IMG/VR virus record: IMGVR_UViG_3300010883_024574
Coordinates: 22,249 to 86,248 of that record
Strand: one strand, 5' to 3'
Origin: a virus
Length of the DNA stretch: 64,000 nt
The notes under the pieces were generated by a model. That model was not told the origin of the DNA. It ran no database searches and worked only from the letters and a program-made list of their open reading frames with translations. This document shows positions 57,424 to 64,000 of this stretch, one piece after another (position 1 is the stretch's first letter; each line of letters starts with the position of its first letter). The position numbers and the translations under genes are program-made.

Positions 57424-58168
57424 AGAACTGAACAAGCTTGTAGACATTTGTCATAGTAATTTAAAAAATTCTAAAAAGTGTTTAAAGTACCTGGTTGATG
57501 AGCGATTGCTGACCAAGGAGTCTATAGTCAATAACAAAATAGGCTTTTTCCCACAAAATCCAGGAATTTTAACAAAATATGTATCAGAAGAATTATTAAA
57601 TAAACTTAATATATTAAATTATTCAAAGGGAAGTGACTTTTCTGATTACTTCTTTTTGGTCTTTCCTATTTACTCAGAATATAACAAGCCAATAGGTATA
57701 AGCGGAAGAACCCTCTTGGATGACTATGACAGAAGCCTTTTAAGTATTCCTAAATATAAGAACTCATCTTATAAAAAGAGCAATGTTTTATATGGTTTAA
57801 ATTTTTCCAATCAGCATATTTTAGATTCCGATAATGCATATGTTGTAGAGGGATATTTTGACCAATTGTCTATGTGTAAAAATAATCTTTTAAATTCTGT
57901 GGCAATTTGCGGAACTGCATTTTCCCAAGGGCATTTTTTAAAGCTTGCAAGATATACAAACAGAATAACTTTTATATTAGACTCAGATGATGCCGGAATT
58001 AAGTCTGCACAAAGAATATATTCCAAGTATATAAATCGAGGGCTGAAGTTAAGGTTCCTTAAGGTGCCGGAATCATACAAGGATATTGATGAATATTTTT
58101 CTGATCCAGAAAAAAATAAAAATACATTTTTTAAAGATTTTAAACAAATAATTCCAGAAACATGGTAG
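57410..58168 (+). CDS. DnaG primase catalytic core (TOPRIM) lacking Zn-binding and helicase-binding domains
   Basis: FPI..., GISGR, PKYKNS, LYGL, VVEGYFD, CGTAF, LDSDDAG and KDIDE motifs; only 252 aa. Confidence 0.88.
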   Translation: MNQSEELNKLVDICHSNLKNSKKCLKYLVDERLLTKESIVNNKIGFFPQNPGILTKYVSEELLNKLNILNYSKGSDFSDYFFLVFPIYSEYNKPIGISGRTLLDDYDRSLLSIPKYKNSSYKKSNVLYGLNFSNQHILDSDNAYVVEGYFDQLSMCKNNLLNSVAICGTAFSQGHFLKLARYTNRITFILDSDDAGIKSAQRIYSKYINRGLKLRFLKVPESYKDIDEYFSDPEKNKNTFFKDFKQIIPETW

Positions 58169-58173
58169 GGTAA

Positions 58174-58611
58174 GTGGCTAGAAAAAGCAAGACATATCAA
58201 TATAAAATTGTAGAAATATCATTTGAAGCTGCAAAATTAAATAATTTTTCATCGGAGAGAGGCATTGGCCAGGTTCTGATGGATAATGCTTCTGATGAAA
58301 GAATATCTGATCTAAAAGAAGAGTTATTAGATGAGATCTATGACATAGTAAATGGCGCCTACTTAACAGAGCATCAGAAAAAGATATTATTTATGCGCCT
58401 CATGGGCAAAACCCAAAATGATATCGCTGAGCATTTAGGCATAACTCAATCTGCTGTTCATAAAGCTATGCATGGTAATATAGATTATAAAAATCAAAAA
58501 AAGCGCTATGGCGGTATTGTCAAAAAGTTACAAAAAATATGCAAAACACATCCTAGGATAAATGAGATTTTAGAAGAGATAGCTAAAATTAATCATGGAG
58601 ATCCAGAGTAA
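58174..58611 (+). CDS. sigma-70 region-4-like HTH protein
   Basis: LTEHQKKILFMRLMGKTQNDIAEHLGITQSAVHK; no region 2. Confidence 0.75.
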   Translation: MARKSKTYQYKIVEISFEAAKLNNFSSERGIGQVLMDNASDERISDLKEELLDEIYDIVNGAYLTEHQKKILFMRLMGKTQNDIAEHLGITQSAVHKAMHGNIDYKNQKKRYGGIVKKLQKICKTHPRINEILEEIAKINHGDPE

Positions 58612-58696
58612 TTCCAAATAATGTTATAATATTTTTATTAATATTTTATCTATAGATAATTAGCGATGTTTATCATAAGATCGAGAAAATATATTT

Positions 58697-58707
58697 CTAT
58701 TAATAAA
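58697..58707 (+). promoter_or_regulatory. putative late-promoter box
   Basis: CTATTAATAAA 33 nt upstream of ORF 58730, at the head of the second virion-like cluster. Confidence 0.4.
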
Positions 58708-58729
58708 GATAAATTTTACAGCAAGGAGA

Positions 58730-59212
58730 GTGTTCATGCCTGAGTTAGACGACGTTCTGATTGATTTTTTTAAAAAACAATCATCTGATATATCTGTTAA
58801 AGATATAATTCCAATGACTAATGATCTAAAGATTAAAAAAATTGCATTTGATATGTACAAGGTAATGGGCGATCAATATGACGATCTATGGAAGGTTGAA
58901 GAGATAGACGGAGCAACCTTTTTGGTTAGAAGCTCTGATCCGAAATATCAAAAGAAAGAAGGCGGAGATTGGAGTGCTTCTAGTAATTATGATCATAACC
59001 ATGTAACTCTTTCTTATAAAAATATCCCTATTTGTAGTTTTTCATCAGATGAATATGGCTTTTCTAGTGATGATATTTTTACGTTTAAGTCAGCATTGTT
59101 AGATGTTATTGATTCAGATAGAGAGTTTGTTAAAAAGGTTGTCGCAAGTCAGCCGAAGGCAAAAGCAGAAGTTATCAAGAATCTTTTTCCAGAAATACTA
59201 AAAAACAAATAG
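58730..59212 (+). CDS. hypothetical protein
   Basis: AAGGAG RBS with GTG start; IKKIA motif. Confidence 0.7.
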   Translation: MFMPELDDVLIDFFKKQSSDISVKDIIPMTNDLKIKKIAFDMYKVMGDQYDDLWKVEEIDGATFLVRSSDPKYQKKEGGDWSASSNYDHNHVTLSYKNIPICSFSSDEYGFSSDDIFTFKSALLDVIDSDREFVKKVVASQPKAKAEVIKNLFPEILKNK

Positions 59213-59226
59213 ATGAGGAATGAATA

Positions 59227-60786
59227 ATGAATGAAATAAAGCATATTGTAGCACAGGCAAAAATGGCCTTGGACAAAATAGAGAATGGCAAGACCTTTAC
59301 CACTAGCTATGTTTTGGGCCGCCTAGAAAGTGCTGCTGCAAATAACTCTAGAGATGTATTAATTTGTCATGCTCGGGATGTAATTGTAAGGAAAGCTGGC
59401 AATCAACAATTTATTACGCAAAAAGAAATTGCCGAAGTTCATGATCATCTGTGCGGTCTTGCAAGTGGGAGATCTAACTTCAGAAAAGAGCTTGGCGATC
59501 TATTGCCGGATAAGCATGCGATTTTAAAAGAAATAAAGAAAGGCGCTGCAAGCGCAAGAATTCCATATGAAGAAAAGCTATCTCCATTGTTTGAAGAGAA
59601 TGAATTATCTAAAGAGTTGGCTGGTGTGTTTTCGCTAGATAAGCAATCTTCTTTTTCTGCATTATCTAACAATTCGATTAAAAAGGCCGAAAAATTTGCA
59701 AGATTACAATTAATCTCTTTAGGCTGCGTGCCTCAAGAGGTTAAGGCTATTAGGACAAATGATCACTTTATTCTTTGCAATGCATCTGTTGATACATCAG
59801 ATTTTACACAAGTAAATATTCCAATTCCAGTCCAGGTGACAAAAGGCATCCCATCGCTGCCAACTCATTTTGTACAGGGAGATAATCTTGTAAAACTAAA
59901 TAAAGAAAATATTTATGTTTTTATAAAGGATAAAAATAATTTTATTAAGAAGACTGCAGCCAGCAGATTTGCAGAGCAGAGAAGCTCTAGAGACTTCAAG
60001 GTTGATACGCCAGTAGTTCCTGTTGCACTGGAAAAGTATGCCGACCTGGAAAACGAGTTAGTAACCGCTGCTTCATCTTTTAGTAGAGATCAGATTAGAG
60101 TCGCTACAGGGGTTGTCGCAGCAGAGCTTGCCAGCCTGGGTGTTCCAAACCCTCAAGTTCGTGTTTCATACTCGACAGACAAGGTGCTTGCTTTTGCTGC
60201 AGATATACCAACCCCTCATGGCCGGGTTGAGATAGATATTCCTGTTGATATGCCGAACGGTCGGCCGGTTATTCCAAACAGCTTTGTAATCAAGGGCAAA
60301 GGCTACAAGCTAAACGAAGATGGCCTTAGAACTGTCATTAAGGCTTCAAGCCATGTAGAGGATCTAAACAAGGTTTCTAGAGAGGTGGTTGAGATGTCAA
60401 GACTGTCATATCCTCAGCTTATAAATAGGATGGTAGATGGCGTTTCTAGAACCGACTATAGACAAGCGGAAGATGCGCTCAGTGTTATAGGAAATAAGTT
60501 TGATGGAGCGCAATATTTAGCAGCACTTGATAAATTTACAAAATTACTAAAGCACTCATCTAATGGAACAGAAAGAGATGCAATGATAAAAAAGGCTTTA
60601 GAGAATGGAGACTTGATAAGAGTTCCTACGTCTGTTCAGCCTTATTGTCCCAAGTTGGGGCTGCCAGTTAGCAAGATCAGCTTTGACGCCAAAGGTAGGC
60701 CTGTGCCAACAAGGAGGGCCTCACAGACGGAGGATCTTGATAGCCTCGGAGCGGCAATTTCATCATCAAGAGTTACTTTATCATAA
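59227..60786 (+). CDS. hypothetical protein, probably structural
   Basis: 519 aa; several KxA/S motifs (IKKTA, LLKHS); internally repeated IPVxxxxGxPxxPxxF segment. Confidence 0.65.
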   Translation: MNEIKHIVAQAKMALDKIENGKTFTTSYVLGRLESAAANNSRDVLICHARDVIVRKAGNQQFITQKEIAEVHDHLCGLASGRSNFRKELGDLLPDKHAILKEIKKGAASARIPYEEKLSPLFEENELSKELAGVFSLDKQSSFSALSNNSIKKAEKFARLQLISLGCVPQEVKAIRTNDHFILCNASVDTSDFTQVNIPIPVQVTKGIPSLPTHFVQGDNLVKLNKENIYVFIKDKNNFIKKTAASRFAEQRSSRDFKVDTPVVPVALEKYADLENELVTAASSFSRDQIRVATGVVAAELASLGVPNPQVRVSYSTDKVLAFAADIPTPHGRVEIDIPVDMPNGRPVIPNSFVIKGKGYKLNEDGLRTVIKASSHVEDLNKVSREVVEMSRLSYPQLINRMVDGVSRTDYRQAEDALSVIGNKFDGAQYLAALDKFTKLLKHSSNGTERDAMIKKALENGDLIRVPTSVQPYCPKLGLPVSKISFDAKGRPVPTRRASQTEDLDSLGAAISSSRVTLS

Positions 60787-60795
60787 GGAAGAAAC

Positions 60796-61347
60796 ATGAG
60801 CAATAGAGTTAAAGAAATAAAAAATATATTGAAAAATTCTAAAAACAATGAGCCAAAAAGAAGAGAGACTCTTCGAAAGCTTGCCCTTGGAGATCAGCAT
60901 GGTGCTTTTCAACACTTTCAGTCCAATGTGGCAGAATATGCAACTCGCGAAAGATACCTGGCTACCAGAGGCGGCGAGCTTCTGGGCAGAGATACTGCCA
61001 GCTTATACGGAATAACTCCTGATCATGAGGATTCATATATTCCTAGCGAGACTGGTGCAACACATTTGTCAACCAGATATTCTCCTGATCGCGTGGGCGT
61101 GCAAGCCATGCGCGTGTCTGATGGCGTGTTTCAAGATCCTTATACCAACAAGGTTTATGATTACAACGAAGGCTTTAAAACGGAAGATGGCAGAGAGTTT
61201 CCTGGTGGTGGCGCAGCATTGCAGTCCAGCATGATGCATCTGGCAAATCATTTAGATAAGATTGGCCTGGTAAAAGAAGCTAATTATTTAGATTCTTTGG
61301 CAAAAGAATCAAGCTCGATTTTTGGTCCTTCCCTTAAGAAGGAGTAG
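60796..61347 (+). CDS. hypothetical protein with C-terminal LANHLD module
   Basis: MMHLANHLDKIGLVKEANYLDSLAKES near the C-terminus; LRKLA near the N-terminus. Confidence 0.7.
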   Translation: MSNRVKEIKNILKNSKNNEPKRRETLRKLALGDQHGAFQHFQSNVAEYATRERYLATRGGELLGRDTASLYGITPDHEDSYIPSETGATHLSTRYSPDRVGVQAMRVSDGVFQDPYTNKVYDYNEGFKTEDGREFPGGGAALQSSMMHLANHLDKIGLVKEANYLDSLAKESSSIFGPSLKKE

Positions 61348-61392
61348 GCCTTGGGCTGTTGGTTCTAATTGACTTATAAATTAAATATTAAT

Positions 61393-61432
61393 GTCCTGGC
61401 TTAGTAATATAAAGCTGGGACTTTTTATTTTT
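61393..61432 (+). terminator. Rho-independent terminator
   Basis: GTCCTGGCTT/AAGCTGGGAC stem plus TTTTTATTTTT. Confidence 0.7.
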
Positions 61433-61442
61433 AGAGGTAAAT

Positions 61443-62126
61443 ATGAGCAAAAAAGTATTAAATCATCCAGACAAAGAGGAGCTTATAAAAAAGCTTTTAG
61501 AAGGCGATTCTGTAAAAGAGGTAGAGCGCTGGCTTAAGGACAAGTATCCAAGAACCAGAAGGCTTCATGTCTCTTATATGACCTTGCAAAAGTTTAGAGG
61601 TGAACACCTAAACTTGAAGGGTGAGGTTTTAGATGACATTAAAAATAGAAGAGGAGAGATAGATAAGGAGGCCACAGAAGCTGAAGCTCGCATGATTATA
61701 AAGGCCTCCTCTTCGTACCAGCAGAAGATTGATGAAATCGCAACGTCTGAGTTAGACGTTGCAAAAAGACTCCTTGAGTTAGATAGTCTTATAAATTCTA
61801 GAATTGAATACTATTATAACTTGTTACAAGAGGGAGGCTCTCTCCGGGAGGATAAGATTTTCATTGAATATATAAACACTATGAAGACGCTGATGCAAGA
61901 CTGGAAGAAGTATATTGAGGGTGTTGCAGATAAAAAGATTGAACATAATATTAATATTAATGTAGTAAATGAACAGGCTAGAATTTTGAAAGAGGTTGTG
62001 CTAGACGTGTTGCGGGAGTTGAGCCCAAATCTTGTGCCCATTTTTGTTGATAAGTTGGACATTAAGACACGAGAATTAAACGGAGAAAGTTTAGATTATA
62101 TTAGGGGAGAAGTTATAGATGTCTAG
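61443..62126 (+). CDS. possible terminase small subunit (HTH, coiled coil, C-terminal beta strand)
   Basis: N-terminal HTH-like region (LNHPDKEELIKKLLEGDSVKEVERWL...VSYMTLQKF), helical middle and KIEHNININV strand. Architecture only. Confidence 0.4.
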   Translation: MSKKVLNHPDKEELIKKLLEGDSVKEVERWLKDKYPRTRRLHVSYMTLQKFRGEHLNLKGEVLDDIKNRRGEIDKEATEAEARMIIKASSSYQQKIDEIATSELDVAKRLLELDSLINSRIEYYYNLLQEGGSLREDKIFIEYINTMKTLMQDWKKYIEGVADKKIEHNININVVNEQARILKEVVLDVLRELSPNLVPIFVDKLDIKTRELNGESLDYIRGEVIDV

Positions 62127-62388
62127 TGAAAGCGAAATATATGAAAAGCGTCTTGCTCTAAAGGACTTAAATAGTGAAATATCTTTTAAGAACTGGTTAG
62201 TAGAGAATCTTTCCATATATAGTGAAATATCTGATGTTAAACAAATTCATGTAGAGCGCTTTTTAAAAGAGTATATTATTCCAAAATTTTCTGAGTTAAA
62301 CGGAGAAGTGGCAAACGAATGGAAGGAAGAGGTTAAGGGGATATTGGGAGTAGAAAGCTTAACAGAGTGGATAAGGCGGTCTGTGTGA
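62119..62388 (+). CDS. hypothetical protein
   Basis: 89 aa; GGGGAG RBS. Confidence 0.65.
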   Translation: MSSESEIYEKRLALKDLNSEISFKNWLVENLSIYSEISDVKQIHVERFLKEYIIPKFSELNGEVANEWKEEVKGILGVESLTEWIRRSV

Positions 62389-64000
62389 GTCAAGATAAAG
62401 TAAATAATTATTTTATTAAAAAACTGGCAAGTTTGGCTATAAGCGCACGCACGCCCGAGTTTGATCAGATATCTGACAAATCTAAGGAGTTAACAATACT
62501 TGGGATTGATAGTGATGAAAAATTTAAAAAGTATTTTTTATTAAAATCAGCATCAAAAAGCTTTAAAATAAAGCTTTCCGCAGAAGAAAATATAGAATTA
62601 TTAAAGTTAAAAACAAGAAATTTAAACGATGCTTATTATAATATAATTGGAATGAAAATAGAAAAAGGAAAAATAAAAAAGGTTGCTTATCCTAATATGG
62701 GCGGATTCAGAGAAGATGTTCGGGAAGAGTTTAATATTAATAATTGGTTAAAGATTGTTCATCTTATCTATGATTCTGTTGCAAGCCAAGAAATGACAAA
62801 GGAAAGTGCTTTAGATTATTATAGTAATTTTTTAAATATAGAAGAAGATGAAGATGAAAAGTTTAAAAAATGGTTTAAATATTATAGCAATGGCGAACAT
62901 TTGAAATACAGTTCAAAAGAGGATAAAGATATGAAAAAGAAAGCTGTTTACATTAGCGATATGGGACAAGGAAATAGTCCATATTATGCCGGCGGAGGAA
63001 GTGCATATTTGGGAGAAAATACGGGTTATAATATGCCTGGAGACAGCCTTGATCAGCATCTTTTCGATCATGTGTCATCAAATGCCGATAAAGCTGTTCA
63101 TGATAAAGATGCCTTTAGTGGATGGAAGGGAAAACTTCATACTGCAATTAGGCGTATAGATAAGCTCTTGAGAACAGATCGGTATATGGATTCAGATACT
63201 TATAGGATTCTTGCAGAACATCTTATGAATCTCAGTTTGCAAGTTCAAATGTTAAAATTAAGCAATACTATGTCAGACGTAACTTACAAGACCGCGAATA
63301 GCTTTACTAAATTGGGGCACAAACAGGGGGCTGATATTTTAAAGAAAATAGCTCAAGAGGTTCCGGAACAACCTCCTTTGGAGGCTCGGCCAGACCCTAG
63401 GCTTGATGGGGAGCAGGAGCCTTTAGAAGCAGAGCCCGAGGAGACTCTTGCGGAGGAGGCCGCTCCGGCTCTTGCGGAGGAGGCCGCTCCGGCTCTTGCG
63501 GAGGAGGCCGCTCCGGCTCCAGAGGAAGAGGCTGCACGGAGCCCTAAGGATGCTATTCCAAAATCAGATGAGGTAGAACCCGTCTCTCTTGAGGATATTA
63601 CACCAATCCCCGGAGCCAGACAGGGTGAGTATGACGAGCTTGCTGGAGAGATCAAGCTTGAAGATGCCGCCACAAAGCTTGACGAGGTTGCCGGGATGCT
63701 TGCAGATAGAAGAATAATTCGCCAACTGGCCGAATTTGACATAATGTTAGACAAAATAGGCATAGCATCTATGTTTCCAGAGCTTGCAGAGTCTCAGAGT
63801 AAATTGATCGATGCATACTCATATGCTTTAACAAGGGTAACCAAGATGATGGGGCAGCTTGCCAACGCTAAGGCTTTGGTCCAAGCACAAAAAACTATTC
63901 CGGGAACGGAAGGAGTTTCTGAGCCGCAGGAAGAGACAGAAGATGAGACTCCTATTCCAGATGAGGCTCCTATTCCAGATGAGGCTCCTATTCCAGATGA
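62385..64000 (+). CDS. hypothetical probable virion protein, 3'-truncated by the window edge (not in ORF track)
   Basis: GTG overlapping the previous TGA; open to the window end: MSQDKVNNYFIKKLAS...IKKVAYP...MKKKAV...YKTANSFTKLGHKQGADILKKIAQEVPEQPP... Confidence 0.85.
   Translation, partial: MSQDKVNNYFIKKLASLAISARTPEFDQISDKSKELTILGIDSDEKFKKYFLLKSASKSFKIKLSAEENIELLKLKTRNLNDAYYNIIGMKIEKGKIKKVAYPNMGGFREDVREEFNINNWLKIVHLIYDSVASQEMTKESALDYYSNFLNIEEDEDEKFKKWFKYYSNGEHLKYSSKEDKDMKKKAVYISDMGQGNSPYYAGGGSAYLGENTGYNMPGDSLDQHLFDHVSSNADKAVHDKDAFSGWKGKLHTAIRRIDKLLRTDRYMDSDTYRILAEHLMNLSLQVQMLKLSNTMSDVTYKTANSFTKLGHKQGADILKKIAQEVPEQPPLEARPDPRLDGEQEPLEAEPEETLAEEAAPALAEEAAPALAEEAAPAPEEEAARSPKDAIPKSDEVEPVSLEDITPIPGARQGEYDELAGEIKLEDAATKLDEVAGMLADRRIIRQLAEFDIMLDKIGIASMFPELAESQSKLIDAYSYALTRVTKMMGQLANAKALVQAQKTIPGTEGVSEPQEETEDETPIPDEAPIPDEAPIPD
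63445..63519 (+). repeat. 24-bp perfect tandem repeat x3 (LAEEAAPA)
   Basis: CTCTTGCGGAGGAGGCCGCTCCGG repeated three times. Confidence 0.95.
63942..64000 (+). repeat. 18-bp tandem repeat, at least 3 units (DEAPIP), runs off the window
   Basis: GATGAG(A/G)CTCCTATTCCA units. Confidence 0.95.

Noticed and set aside
3088-63763. Minus-strand and short alternative-frame ORFs in the track (e.g. 36482-37093, 54959-55588, 63353-63763)
   Set aside because: They lie antisense to or within well-supported + strand genes and show no recognisable motifs.
1-64000. Stop-codon reassignment, or a bacterial chromosome origin
   Set aside because: Conserved genes are full-length in the standard code and end at all three stops. 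Single-strand packing, the high orphan fraction, the gp32/UvsY-like genes, tail fibres and non-bacterial gene order indicate a large phage.

Overview
A 64-kb, AT-rich segment of a very large (jumbo/huge) tailed bacteriophage genome. Genes are densely packed, every credible gene is on the + strand, and the code appears standard (TAA, TAG and TGA all end genes). Recognisable content: DNA replication/recombination (DnaE, a DnaG primase split into two genes about 23.5 kb apart, RecA, UvsY-like, gp32-like SSB, RuvC-like, SbcCD, PD-(D/E)XK nuclease, soluble FtsK, HU); nucleotide metabolism (PurA, an IMPDH/GMPR-family enzyme with GMP-reductase-like motifs, ThyX, DHH/DHHA1 phosphoesterase); proteostasis (two GroEL paralogues, Hsp20, MoxR AAA+/VWA pair, M16 peptidase); a sigma-70-type factor with an inserted Zn ribbon; KhpA; two paralogous tail-fibre-like proteins; and two clusters of unknown, probably virion proteins (1.7-10.4 kb and 58.7-64 kb). 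The most striking unexplained signal is a portable ~30-aa module, (K/G/H)LANHLDxxGxxxxAxxxDxIxKxA, plus shorter KxA/S motifs, shared by otherwise unrelated proteins of those two clusters. In two genes an internal promoter-like box, a ribosome-binding site and an in-frame ATG sit directly in front of this module. I infer a capsid-targeting/processing system with nested isoforms. Two different putative phage promoter motifs partition the window. All functional calls come from motifs read by eye; no database searches were run.
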